A stretch of DNA of 64,000 bases, taken from an uncultured Acidobacteriota bacterium. GTDB lineage: Bacteria > Acidobacteriota > Thermoanaerobaculia > UBA5066 > DATFVB01. Positions 9,011-19,221 of the stretch are shown here, piece by piece. The position numbers and the translations under genes were made by a program. How positions within the stretch are numbered: position 1 is the first letter of the stretch; every line of letters starts with the position of its first letter. The DNA lies in assembly GCA_963813155.1 (NCBI GenBank), contig CAWEYG010000001.1, forward strand, positions 672,001-736,000, in the 5' to 3' direction. Below the pieces are notes generated by a model. That model was not told the origin of the DNA, made no database searches, and saw only the letters and a list, made by a program, of their open reading frames with translations.

Positions 9011-11167
9011 TCACTCCGACCCGACCGCGCGTAAGCCGTGTCGCCTCAGGCGGTCGACCACCACCGCCTGCGAATCCCTTTCGGCTTCGCCTTCGGCGGG
9101 ACGACGCCGCCGGTAAACGCCCTGCGAGTCGAGGTCGCGCGCGCGGCAATTGTCCGCGAGGACCGGCTCGATCACTTCCCGGCGGAGCTTCTCGCGAAGC
9201 GACTCGTTCTGGATCGGGAAGAGGATCTCCACGCGCCGGTAAAAATTCCGCGGCATCCAGTCCGCGGACGAAAGGTAGAACTCCTGGCTCGGGGCGGCCC
9301 CGAAAACGAAGAGGCGCACGTGCTCGAGAAATCGCCCGACCACAGAGAAGACCCGGATGTTCTCGGACGTGCCGGGAATCCCCGGCCGGAGGCAGCAGAT
9401 TCCCCTCACGTTGAGATCGATCGGAACGCCTGCCTGGGACGCGCGGTACAGCGCGCGGATCACCGGCGGATCCGCCAGGGAATTGAGCTTCGCGAAGATG
9501 CCGGAGGGCTTTCTCTCGCGGGCGAGCGCGATCTGCTCGTCGATCTTGGCCAGCACCGTCTCCTGGAGCGTTCGCGGGGCGACGGCGATCCGCCGGTAGC
9601 GCGACTTCTTGGAAAATCCCGATAGCGAATTGAAGAGCTCCGAGGCGTCTTCGCCGATTTCCGGATCGGCCGTGAAGAGGTCGCAGTCCGTGTACACCTT
9701 CGCCGTCGAAGCGTTGTAGTTGCCGGTGGAGAGATGGACGTAGCGAACGAGCTTCTCTTTCTCCCGCCGGACGACGAGCGCCGCCTTCGCGTGGGTTTTC
9801 AGACCCACCGGCCCGTAGAAAACGTGCACGCCCGCCCGCTCCAGCGCCCGGGCCCACAGGATGTTGTTCTCCTCGTCGAACCGGGCCTTCAACTCGATCG
9901 ACACGGCCACCTGCTTGCCGTTCTCCGCGGCCTGGATGAGAGCCCGCACGATCTGGGAGTCCGCGCCGGTCCGGTAAAGTGTCATCTTGATCGCAAGCAC
10001 CTGCGGGTCCCGCGCCGCGCGATGCAGGAATTCGAGGACCGGAGTAAAGGAATCGTACGGGTGATGGAGAAGGACGTCTCCCGCGGCGATCACCTTGAAG
10101 ATGTCGGGCTCCGCGGCCAGCGCGGCGGGAATGGCGGGCACGAGGGGGGGATCGTGAAGATCCGGCCGCTCGAGGCCCGCGATCGACGCGAAGGCCGACA
10201 CGCCGAGGAACCCCGGGCTTTCGTAAACGTCCTCGGCGTCGATTTCGACCTTTTCGATGAGCGTCTGGCGCACCCGATCCGGAATTCCAGGCGCGACCTC
10301 CAGGCGCACGACGGCCCCGAACTTGCGCCGCCGGACTTCCCGGTCGACGACGGAGAGAAGGTCGTGCGCCTCCTCCTCGCGAATTTCCATGTCCATGTCG
10401 CGGGTCACGCGAAAGGGATGGCAGCCGACGATCTCCATGCCCGGAAAGAGGTCGTCCAGGTTAGCGGCGATCAGGGACTCCATCGGAAGGAAATTCTGCA
10501 CGGAGGAGTCCCGCGTTTCCCCGCCGATTTTCTCGAGGGCGTCGAGGGCAACGAAGCGTGGAAGGCTCTCGGGGACCTTGACGCGCGCGAACTTGCGTTC
10601 CCCCGTTTCCGGATCCTTGGCCTCAACTGCGAGCGAGAGGGAGAGGTTCGACAGGAACGGAAAGGGATGTCCCGGATCGACGGCGAGGGGCGTCAGGACC
10701 GGAAAAACGGCCTTCCGGAAATACGCGCGCGCGCGCCGCTTGACGTCCCCGTCGAGGGATTTCCAATCGTGGACCCGGATTCCGTTCTGATCGAGCAGCG
10801 GAAGCAGGTCGCCGGAAAGCGCCTCGGACGCGCGCGCGAGCTGCTGGCGTACGATCTGGCCGATCCGCGCGAGCTGCTCGCTGGCCGTCAGCCCGTCCGA
10901 GCTTCTCTCGCCGATCCGAGCCTCGAGTTGCTCGTGGAGGCCCGAGACCCGGATCATGAAGAACTCGTCGAGATTGCTGTAGAAGATCGCCAGGAACTTC
11001 ACCCGCTCGAGCAGAGGCCAGCGCGGGTCGAGAGCTTCGTCGAGAACCCGTTCGTTGAAGGCGAGCCAGGAAATCTCGCGGTTGAAATACAGGGAAGGGT
11101 CTTCGACGTCGATCGGAACGGCCGTGGGAGTCGAGTCGCGGCGGGCGGATTCTTTCTCTTCCGACAT
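9011..11167 (-). CDS. ppk1: polyphosphate kinase 1
   Basis: YFNREISWLAFNERVL, NLDEFFMIRV, HPFPFLSN, ELKARFDEENN, KTHAK, STGNYN, SADWMPRN. Confidence 0.97.
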   Translation of the reverse strand: MSEEKESARRDSTPTAVPIDVEDPSLYFNREISWLAFNERVLDEALDPRWPLLERVKFLAIFYSNLDEFFMIRVSGLHEQLEARIGERSSDGLTASEQLARIGQIVRQQLARASEALSGDLLPLLDQNGIRVHDWKSLDGDVKRRARAYFRKAVFPVLTPLAVDPGHPFPFLSNLSLSLAVEAKDPETGERKFARVKVPESLPRFVALDALEKIGGETRDSSVQNFLPMESLIAANLDDLFPGMEIVGCHPFRVTRDMDMEIREEEAHDLLSVVDREVRRRKFGAVVRLEVAPGIPDRVRQTLIEKVEIDAEDVYESPGFLGVSAFASIAGLERPDLHDPPLVPAIPAALAAEPDIFKVIAAGDVLLHHPYDSFTPVLEFLHRAARDPQVLAIKMTLYRTGADSQIVRALIQAAENGKQVAVSIELKARFDEENNILWARALERAGVHVFYGPVGLKTHAKAALVVRREKEKLVRYVHLSTGNYNASTAKVYTDCDLFTADPEIGEDASELFNSLSGFSKKSRYRRIAVAPRTLQETVLAKIDEQIALARERKPSGIFAKLNSLADPPVIRALYRASQAGVPIDLNVRGICCLRPGIPGTSENIRVFSVVGRFLEHVRLFVFGAAPSQEFYLSSADWMPRNFYRRVEILFPIQNESLREKLRREVIEPVLADNCRARDLDSQGVYRRRRPAEGEAERDSQAVVVDRLRRHGLRAVGSE

Positions 11168-11180
11168 GGCGTCTTTCGTT

Positions 11181-12589
11181 CTACACCGCGGATGTTAAAT
11201 CCGGCGGAGCCTCCGAGGAGGTTTCCAGCCCCGCTTGCGTCCACGCGGCCATGCCGCCCACGACGTTCGTGATCCGGCGGAAACCCTTTCGTTCCAGTAT
11301 GCTGGACGCGATCGACGAGCGGTATCCACCCGCGCATACCGTCGCGACGGGCTCTCCGGCCTGCTCCCCCGGCGCGTCGCGCTCGAGCGCGTTCAAGGGC
11401 ACGTGCAGAGCCGACGGAATGTGGCCTTCTCCCCATTCCGCCGGGCGACGCACGTCGAGGACGCGCGGAGGCCCCGCTTCCCCGAGGCGGCGAGCGAGCT
11501 CCTCGACTCCGATCTGTTCGGTCGAGGCGAGCGGCCGCCCGGATTCGCTCCAGGCCTGAACGCCGCCCTCGAGAAAACCGGCGACGCGGTCCAATCCCAC
11601 CCGGGACAGGCGCGTGCGGGCCTCGGCGGCGCGATCGGGGTCTTCGGTCACGAGGATGATCGCGGCGTCGGCGGGGAGAACCGTTCCCGCCCAGGATGCG
11701 AACTGCCCGGAAAGCCCGATGTGAAACGACCCGGTAGGTGCCCCGTTCCGTACTCCCACGCGGAGCGCGTGTCGAGGACGACGGCGCCGCCTTCCCGCAT
11801 CTGCGCCGCCTCGCCGGACGGAATCGCCCGGACCGGCGGGAGCTCCCCGAGAAGCTCGGGGCCCTCGCGGTTGATCGCCGCGTCGCGGCCGAAGTACGCG
11901 GGCGCCTCGGGAAGATCCGTCGTCATCATCCGAACGAACTCCTGCCGGGCCATCGGCTGGAGCGCGTAGTTGAACCGCCTCTGTTCGCCGATCGTCGAGC
12001 TCGTTTCGCTGGAAATGTTGCGCCCGCACATCGACCCGGCGCCGTGCGCCGGATACACGCGAACGGAATCGGGAAGGGAGAGGAGCTTTTCGTGCAGCGA
12101 ATCGTAGAGCAGGCCCGCAAGCTCCTGCGGGCTCCGGACCGAGCCGAGGAGATCGGGACGGCCCACGTCGCCGATGAACAGGGTGTCCCCCGTCAGCACG
12201 GCGGCCGGCGATTCGTCCTCGGAGCCTTCGAAGACGAGGATAGAAACCGACTCGGGCGTGTGCCCGGGCGTCTCGAGGAACCGAAGCCGGACCGAGCCGA
12301 GGCGAACTTCGTCGCCCTCCCGCACGGGAACATGCTCGAACTTCGCGCCCGCCGCCGCGCCGAGGTAGATCTTCGCGCCCGTCCGCGCGGCGAGCTCGCG
12401 GTGGCCGGAGACGAAGTCCGCGTGCAGGTGAGTCTCGATGACGTGGCGGATCGTGAGCCCGTTCGCGCGAGCCTCCTCCAGGTATTCCTCCACGTCGCGG
12501 CGGGGGTCGACGACCGCGGCCTCGCCCCCGTCGCCGACCAGGTACGAGGCCTGCGCGAGACACGCGAGATAGAACTGGCGAAAGAACAT
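11181..12589 (-). CDS. MBL-fold hydrolase/persulfide dioxygenase fused to two rhodanese domains; frameshift at ~11730
   Basis: ETHLHADFVSG, TPGHTPES, GDVGRPDL, PAHGAGS; C-terminal CAGGYRS rhodanese loop in another frame; missing G in a GGG run. Confidence 0.87.
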
Positions 12590-12597
12590 CGGCGCCC

Positions 12598-13374
12598 TCA
12601 GCCCGCCAGAACCGAACCGCCGTTGATATTGACGATTTCGCCGTTGATCTGGCGGGAATAGTCGGAGCAGAGGAACGCGATCATCCCTCCGACGTCGTCG
12701 GCGGTCGCGACGCGCCGGGTCGGGATCGCCTGCTCGATCGCCTTGCGCTTGCGCCGGTTGCCGAGCTCCGCCTTCGACATCTCGGTGTCCACCCAACCGG
12801 GAGCGACCGCGTTGACCGTGATCCCGTCGGGCCCGAGCTCCGTCGCGAGCGACTTCGTGAAAGAGATGATCGCCCCCTTGGTCGCCGCGTAGTGCGAATG
12901 GAACGCCTCGCCCCGCTGGCCCGCCGTCGAGGAAACGTTGACGATCCGGCCGAATCCCTGCTTCTTGAAAACCGGGACCGCGAATTTCGTCATGAGGAAG
13001 GTCCCGCGCGCGTTGATCGCGAAGACTTCCTCCCAGTAGGCGGGCGAAATTTCCTCGATCTTGCCTCCGGGCCAGATTCCCGCGTTGTTGACGAGGATGT
13101 GGAGCCCCCCCAGGCGCGTGACCGCCTGCGCGACGGCGCGTCGGGCCTCGTGCTCGTCGGACACATCGGCCTTCAGGAGCAGCCCGCGGCCCCCCATCGC
13201 TTCGATCTGAGCCGCCGCGAGTTTGGCCTCGCGCTGGCGGCGGCGGTAGACGATCGCGACCTGGCAACCGGCCCGCGCGAGGAATTTCGCCGCCGACAGC
13301 CCGATGCCCCGGGTTCCCCCGGTGACGAGCGCCTTGCGGCCGGAAAGCTCGATCGTGAAAACGGATTGGGTCAT
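12598..13374 (-). CDS. SDR family oxidoreductase (FabG-like)
   Basis: TGGTRGIG, NNAG, YAATK, VAPGWVDT; ATGA overlap with upstream gene. Confidence 0.9.
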   Translation of the reverse strand: MTQSVFTIELSGRKALVTGGTRGIGLSAAKFLARAGCQVAIVYRRRQREAKLAAAQIEAMGGRGLLLKADVSDEHEARRAVAQAVTRLGGLHILVNNAGIWPGGKIEEISPAYWEEVFAINARGTFLMTKFAVPVFKKQGFGRIVNVSSTAGQRGEAFHSHYAATKGAIISFTKSLATELGPDGITVNAVAPGWVDTEMSKAELGNRRKRKAIEQAIPTRRVATADDVGGMIAFLCSDYSRQINGEIVNINGGSVLAG

Positions 13375-14510
13375 GGCGTCATCTCCCGCAGCTTCGCCAC
13401 CACGAGCCGGGCGATCCGGGCGCTCCCCTCCGGGAGATAGTGCTGAGGCGTGTTGTCGAACTCGCCGGGAGGGAGAGCGTTCCACAGGTCGAGCAGCGGA
13501 ATTCCTCGGCTCCGGCAATATTCCGCCAGCGCGGCGCGGTAACGGTCGTAGATCGTTCGGGCATAAAAGGAATTGTACTCGCGTCCCGAAAACGCTCCGG
13601 AAGCCGGAAAAATGGGGTCGTTGACGACGAGCAGGGCGACGCCCCGATCGGCGGCCATCCGCGCTCCCGCCTCAAGCGTCGCCCATCGCGAATTCGGCAT
13701 CGGGGGATCGTTCGCCCCGCGGTCCGCAAAAAGCGGCTCCGCGGGAAGCGGCATCGACCCGATCCAGGGTTTTCGGGGCATGTACGAGTCGCTCGGGTCG
13801 CCCGGAACGAGCGCGTCGAGGCCCCCGCGCGCGAGAAGAATCGCGAAATCGCGGTAACGGCCCCCTCCCTCGAGCCAGAGAGAATCGCGCCACCACGGAC
13901 GGTTCCCGCACCGCATCTGGCGGATTTCCCAGGTCGAAATGCCGTACTTCGCGGCGAGCTCGCACACATCGTCGTCGTTGGCCCGAAGGATGAGATGAAC
14001 GAAATGCCGAAAGGGCGGGGGGGTGTCTTCCGCCAGGTCGTAAAGGGTGACGAACCAGACGATCGCGTCGGGATCCCGGCGCAGAGCATGCTTCTCGACG
14101 ACGAGATCCTTGAGCGTGTTCGGCGTGTGGTAGCTGAGATTGTATGCCCGCACACGCTTCCCGCGGAGGGTTTCGCCGAGCCGGCCGATCTGGCCCGGGA
14201 TCGCGTCGCGAGAGGGCGAGAAGAGGTCGAAAGAGCCGGAGTCTCCGAGCACCGCGACGCGAAACTCGTCGGGAAGCTTCTTTCGGCCGATCTCGTGCGC
14301 GTCGAGCAGCGGCTCGAGGGGCCACATGACCTGGCTCGGATAGTCTCGAAGGATGTCGAGCCGGGACAGCGACGGCACGAGGTGGCGGTAGATCGAGAGA
14401 TTCTCGACCCTTCTCTCGACGTGGAGAGACGCTTGAAGTGCGTCCACGATCACGAGCAGGGCTACCGCCTTCGCGACGATTCGAATCACGGTGCTCGGCG
14501 ACCAGCTCAC
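13371..14510 (-). CDS. membrane-anchored SGNH-fold (DltD/AlgJ-like) acyltransferase
   Basis: N-terminal hydrophobic anchor, VAVLGDS block, AYNL block, C-terminal LLDLW...FDNTPQHY; GTGA overlap with ligase stop. Confidence 0.65.
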   Translation of the reverse strand: MSWSPSTVIRIVAKAVALLVIVDALQASLHVERRVENLSIYRHLVPSLSRLDILRDYPSQVMWPLEPLLDAHEIGRKKLPDEFRVAVLGDSGSFDLFSPSRDAIPGQIGRLGETLRGKRVRAYNLSYHTPNTLKDLVVEKHALRRDPDAIVWFVTLYDLAEDTPPPFRHFVHLILRANDDDVCELAAKYGISTWEIRQMRCGNRPWWRDSLWLEGGGRYRDFAILLARGGLDALVPGDPSDSYMPRKPWIGSMPLPAEPLFADRGANDPPMPNSRWATLEAGARMAADRGVALLVVNDPIFPASGAFSGREYNSFYARTIYDRYRAALAEYCRSRGIPLLDLWNALPPGEFDNTPQHYLPEGSARIARLVVAKLREMTP

Positions 14511-16201
14511 GTCGCGACCGGCCTGGCCGCGGCTCGCTCGGCGAGAAATTTCTCCTTGCACCGCGTCCGGGAGATCTTTCCGCTGGAAGTCTTGACGAGC
14601 CACATCGCGGGGAGGGCGGCAACCGTGCGCGCCACGCAATCGCTCTGCCGCGCGATCGCCTGCCTCACGGCGTCTTCGACCCTTCGCGGAGCATTCGAAT
14701 TCTCCCCTTCGTCCAATTCGAACAGCACGACGACGTCCTCGGTTCCCGCCTCTTCGTTTTCGACGCCGAACGCGACCGTTCTCCCGGGGTGAACGCCCTC
14801 GACGCCGTCCGCCACGAACTCGAGGTCCTGGGGATAGACGTTGTTCCCCCCGACGATGATCAGGTCTTTCTTTCGCCCCGTGACGAAGACTTCGCCGCCG
14901 GAAAGGTACCCGTAGTCGCCCGTGAGGTACCAGCCGTCGTGGAACGCCCTCGCGGTCAGATCCGGACGCCGGAAATATTCCGTCAGCATGCAGTCGCTTC
15001 GGATTGCGAGCTCCCCCACGCGCCGCTCGGAAACGGGTTCGAACGAAGGCCCGAGGACGGTCACGCTCGTGTTCGGGATCGGCGGACCGCACGAAACCAT
15101 CGTGACCGACGCGGAGCCCGGAGCCGGCTTCGCCGCAATCCCGTCGCGGTACAGGCGGGACCGGTCGACCTCCTCGAGGCGAACGGGCTGAGACGGGTCG
15201 CTCTGCGTGATCGCAAGCGTGTTTTCCGCCGTGCCGTACGAAGTCGTCAGCGACAGCGGGTCGAGACCGAGAGGCCGGAACCGCGCGAGGAACATCTCGT
15301 GGCTCGACGCCCGGACCGGCTCGGCGGTGTTGACGAACGCGCGCATCGACGAGAGATCGATCCCTTCCAGCTTCCGGTCGGGGATCTTTCGGGCGAGAAA
15401 GTTGTAAGCGAAATTCGGAAGCCAGCAGAGCGTGGACCGGTCGCGGCTGATCGCCTGAAGCAGCAGCGCGGGGTCGTGGACCCAGTCGATCGGCGAGAGG
15501 ATCGACAGGCGCAGGCCGCGCAGGAGCGGCTGCAGGAAACCCGCGACCAGGCCTCCGTCGTGGTACAGCGGCATCCAGTTCGCGACCCGGTCCGAATCTC
15601 TCACCGAAAGGGCGCGCCCGTAATTCTCGATCTGGCGGAACACCGCCCGGGAGGAGAGAGCGATTCCCTTTTGCAGGCCGGTCGAGCCCGACGAATGCTG
15701 CAGCACAGCGATCGCGTCGGCGTCCTCTCGAAGCTCGCGTCCGACGGCGCGCCGAGCGGCGGCCGGAGAGCAACGCTCGACGGCGACCATCACCGGACGG
15801 CTCGGCGCGTCCTTCGACAGTTTCCGCAGTGTTTCCTCCAGGTCGGCGTTGACGAGAATCGTTCGGGCGCCGCAGATCGCGAGGAGGGCGGCGACGCTCT
15901 TCTCGTAGTAATCGCGCGAGAGCTTTTCCGTCGGCCACGGAAAGATCGACGGGATCGCTCCCAGCAACAGAGGCGCGAGCCAGGCGGACAGGAGAGACGC
16001 GCCCGGTCGGACGATCACGACGACGACGTCTCCCTTGCGGACTCCGGCCCGTTCGAGGGCGTCCGCGTATCCGGAAGCGAGCAGAACGAGGTCGCCGTAG
16101 CTGACCGGCACGATGTCGGCGCCGGGGCCCCAGACGTTCGCGAAGGGACGGCCGGGCTCGGCCTCGGTCAGATCGAGGACGCGACCGAGGAGGCTCGTCA
16201 T
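14507..16201 (-). CDS. fatty acyl-AMP ligase (FAAL-like adenylating enzyme)
   Basis: QHSSGSTGLQKG, WMPLYHDGGL, SYGTAENT, TGDYG, GRKKDLIIVGGNNVYPQDLE, KTSSGKISR. Confidence 0.88.
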   Translation of the reverse strand: MTSLLGRVLDLTEAEPGRPFANVWGPGADIVPVSYGDLVLLASGYADALERAGVRKGDVVVVIVRPGASLLSAWLAPLLLGAIPSIFPWPTEKLSRDYYEKSVAALLAICGARTILVNADLEETLRKLSKDAPSRPVMVAVERCSPAAARRAVGRELREDADAIAVLQHSSGSTGLQKGIALSSRAVFRQIENYGRALSVRDSDRVANWMPLYHDGGLVAGFLQPLLRGLRLSILSPIDWVHDPALLLQAISRDRSTLCWLPNFAYNFLARKIPDRKLEGIDLSSMRAFVNTAEPVRASSHEMFLARFRPLGLDPLSLTTSYGTAENTLAITQSDPSQPVRLEEVDRSRLYRDGIAAKPAPGSASVTMVSCGPPIPNTSVTVLGPSFEPVSERRVGELAIRSDCMLTEYFRRPDLTARAFHDGWYLTGDYGYLSGGEVFVTGRKKDLIIVGGNNVYPQDLEFVADGVEGVHPGRTVAFGVENEEAGTEDVVVLFELDEGENSNAPRRVEDAVRQAIARQSDCVARTVAALPAMWLVKTSSGKISRTRCKEKFLAERAAARPVAT

Positions 16202-16443
16202 CGCGTCCGGGAGACGATGAGATCTCGAATCTGGCGGACGGTGTCGGCGCGGCCGGCGCCGAGATCCGACGCGTCGATCCTCGCGCCGAATTCGTTTTCC
16301 GCGAAGAGAGAGAGGTCCACGAGCCCGAAAGAGTCCACGACGCCCGACGAGACGAGGGGCTCGTCGTCGCCGATCTCCCGCGAGGCGTCCCGGAAGTAGG
16401 TTTCCGCGATGAAGGATTTCAGGCGCGAAAGCGGTTCGGCCAT
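16198..16443 (-). CDS. acyl carrier protein (DltC-like)
   Basis: 81 aa, acidic, LVSSGVVDSFGLV phosphopantetheine serine motif, ENEFG. Confidence 0.88.
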   Translation of the reverse strand: MAEPLSRLKSFIAETYFRDASREIGDDEPLVSSGVVDSFGLVDLSLFAENEFGARIDASDLGAGRADTVRQIRDLIVSRTR

Positions 16444-17976
16444 TCAGCGCGGCCCGGGAAGGACGATCGGCGCGGGCAAGGGCACCGGCTCGATTCCGAA
16501 GCTCGACGTCGTCCCGTTGAAGAATCCCTGCGCCTTCTGCCAGACGAGCGCCCCCACCTGCCGGCCGATCTCGCGGCCCCGCAGATCGCCGTCTCGGAAG
16601 TGGATCCCGCCCCAGCGCCGCGACATCCCCGCCGCATCCGCCGCGTCGGAGAACGTCGCGAACGAAAGCGTCACATCGTTCACCGGTCCGCACCCCGGCT
16701 CTCCTCGGAACGTGTCCTTCGGAATCGTGACTGAAACGCCGAGCGTGTCGTTGCCGGTGAACGAGCTCAGAACCTGCGCTCCCGCCGCGGAATAAATGCT
16801 GTGCCCGGAAAAGTACTCCGGAAACGGAGGCGTCACGATCGTCGCGAGCTGGTACGGCCGCCACTGAGAGGCTGGAATCGTCTGGGTGCCCTCGCAGGGC
16901 CCTGCCCACGCGGAGATGTTTCCGAGCACACCGACGGTAAAGAGGTAGTGAATCGCCGTGATGGGCCGGACCGAATCGTATTCCCGCTTCGCGTCCCACG
17001 CGGCGATCGACGCGTCGAGGAGGGCGTTGCCGAGCGCGAAGAACATCTTCACGTCCTGGGAAATCGTGTGCGCGTCGCGGCGCGAGACGTAGCCGGCGAA
17101 CAGGCACCAGTGCCCGGGGGGGAATTCCGACGACGGACCGTCCGCGAAATACTCGGCCGTCGCCTTCTGCTCGTCGGTCAACCCTGCCGACAGGTTGATG
17201 AGCTCGATCGCCTGCGCCAGATAGGCGGCGTGGTCGGTGGAGGAATATTGCGCCGGGGGCCCCGGGCGAAATTCGTCCCCGCTCGAAAGCGCGAACGGCG
17301 TGACGAGGCCCCACTGCGGCGTCGTATATTTCTGGACGACGGAGCCGCCGTTTCCGTCGGAGACCAGGAGCGGTTGCCAGCGGTTCGGATCCACGACCGC
17401 GCCGGGTTCCGGCGGATTGACGGCGACGTACCCCGTGTAGTCCGAATACGCGCCCGGGTGCAGGTCGCCGAGCTGGTTGGAGCCGTCCCCGTGCCGGTAC
17501 TCGAGCACCGCGTCGGCCGCCGTGTTCCCGATTCCGTCGGGAGACTGAAGATCGCGCGACGAGTCCTCGCGGTCGTAGCCGAGCGATCCCATCAGCGCGT
17601 CGAACTCCGAAGCCTGCGCGGGGAAGAGGTCGACGAGCGCCCGGTATGCCGCGAAGCTCAGCGCCTCTGCGCGATTCGCGTCGGTCCGCTCCTCCGCGGG
17701 CCGCCGCCATGCCCGGTGCGGACGCGTCGGGACCGCGACGTCGTCGTACGCCGCCCACGCGTCGAAGATCGCCGAGTGGAGAACGGCGATCGACCGCGCG
17801 ACGATGGTCGGGCCCGGCTTCGTCTCGCGAACCGCCTGCAGCAGCGCCTCGTTCCACTTCAGAACGGCATTGTCGCCCGGTTGCGGTCCAAGGTTCGTTG
17901 CGCCCCGGAGAGGGACGAGGAACGCGGTCAACGAGAGGATCGAGAGCGGAAGAGCGCGGAATTTCTTGAGTGGCAT
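16444..17976 (-). CDS. secreted vanadium-dependent haloperoxidase / PAP2 superfamily protein
   Basis: Signal peptide; KREYDSVRP, PPFPEYFSGHS and SRRWGGIHF vanadate/phosphate-binding motifs. Confidence 0.85.
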   Translation of the reverse strand: MPLKKFRALPLSILSLTAFLVPLRGATNLGPQPGDNAVLKWNEALLQAVRETKPGPTIVARSIAVLHSAIFDAWAAYDDVAVPTRPHRAWRRPAEERTDANRAEALSFAAYRALVDLFPAQASEFDALMGSLGYDREDSSRDLQSPDGIGNTAADAVLEYRHGDGSNQLGDLHPGAYSDYTGYVAVNPPEPGAVVDPNRWQPLLVSDGNGGSVVQKYTTPQWGLVTPFALSSGDEFRPGPPAQYSSTDHAAYLAQAIELINLSAGLTDEQKATAEYFADGPSSEFPPGHWCLFAGYVSRRDAHTISQDVKMFFALGNALLDASIAAWDAKREYDSVRPITAIHYLFTVGVLGNISAWAGPCEGTQTIPASQWRPYQLATIVTPPFPEYFSGHSIYSAAGAQVLSSFTGNDTLGVSVTIPKDTFRGEPGCGPVNDVTLSFATFSDAADAAGMSRRWGGIHFRDGDLRGREIGRQVGALVWQKAQGFFNGTTSSFGIEPVPLPAPIVLPGPR

Positions 17977-18047
17977 CAATGTTTTACCTTTCAAGCCATC
18001 GGAAGTATAGGATAGACTTCTTATCTCCCGGTTCAAGAGGAGGCCCC

Positions 18048-19175
18048 ATGGCGACTGCGGATCCGATTCCGGTTCCTCGGAAGAAGGACTGGATCAACAT
18101 TTCGTTCCTGACCCTGACACCGATCATCGGAGTCGTGGGGACGGCGCTGTACACCTGGAAGTACGGATTCGAGCTGTGGATGCCGATCCTGTGCGTCGGG
18201 ATGTTCGTCGTCGTCGGTCTTTCGGTCTGCGCCGGCTACCACCGGTTCTTCTCGCACAAGAGCTATGAGTGCAGCCCGGCCGTTCAGGCCCTGTACGCTT
18301 TCTTCGGAGCGATGGCCGCGCAGAACTCGATCCTCTGCTGGGCTTCGGACCACCGCGTCCACCACCACTACGTCGATCGCGACTGGGATCCGTACAACAT
18401 CCGGCGCGGCTTCTGGTGGGCGCACTTCTTCTGGATCTTCTACAAAGCGCCCGACGGGAGAACGCGGGACAACGTCGCCGATCTTCAAAAGAATCCCGTC
18501 GTCATGTGGCAGTACCGCTGGAACAAGTTCCTCACCCTGCTCGGCGTCTTCGGCATTCCGCTCGGCGTGGGCTTCCTCTTCGGGAGACCCGTGGCCGGCC
18601 TGCTGTGGGGAGGGTTCCTGAGAATCGCGCTGACGCATCACTCGACGTTTCTCGTCAACTCGATGGCCCACAGCGTCGGCAAACCCACGTTCGCCGCCGA
18701 AGTGTCCGCCCGGGACAACTGGGTCCTCGCCCTCGCGACGTTCGGAGAGGGGTACCACAGCTTTCATCACAAATTTCCGGCGGATTTCCGCAACGGGGTC
18801 CGCTGGTACGACTGGGACCCCGCGAAGTGGCTCATCTGGGCGCTGCGGTCCGTCGGGCTCGCGACGAAGCTCCGGAGCACGGCCGCTCCGGTCGTCGAGC
18901 AGGCGCGGATGCACGCGGCCGTACAGAAGCTCGAACACAAACTCGACGCAATTCCCACCAATCTCGGGGACGAGATCCGTGCAAGAATCATGCGCGCGAA
19001 GGAATCCGTCGAGCACGCGGTCGCTCTCTGGAAGCAGCACACGGAAGAGCGAGCATCGGGAGCGTCGAAGACCTGGCGCGAAACCCGCCGCAAGTGCCAG
19101 GCGCGACTGAGGCAGGCGCGAGTCGAATGGCGCGAGGCCGTCGACATGCTCGCGGGGCTTCCCGAAGCCGCCTAG
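18048..19175 (+). CDS. delta-9-type membrane fatty acid desaturase with C-terminal helical extension
   Basis: His boxes HRFFSH, HRVHH, GEGYHSFHH; GAGGAGG RBS. Confidence 0.92.
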   Translation: MATADPIPVPRKKDWINISFLTLTPIIGVVGTALYTWKYGFELWMPILCVGMFVVVGLSVCAGYHRFFSHKSYECSPAVQALYAFFGAMAAQNSILCWASDHRVHHHYVDRDWDPYNIRRGFWWAHFFWIFYKAPDGRTRDNVADLQKNPVVMWQYRWNKFLTLLGVFGIPLGVGFLFGRPVAGLLWGGFLRIALTHHSTFLVNSMAHSVGKPTFAAEVSARDNWVLALATFGEGYHSFHHKFPADFRNGVRWYDWDPAKWLIWALRSVGLATKLRSTAAPVVEQARMHAAVQKLEHKLDAIPTNLGDEIRARIMRAKESVEHAVALWKQHTEERASGASKTWRETRRKCQARLRQARVEWREAVDMLAGLPEAA

Positions 19176-19221
19176 ACGGCGGCGCCGAAGCCGCCTGAAC
19201 GGCGGCGCGGGAGCCGCCGAG

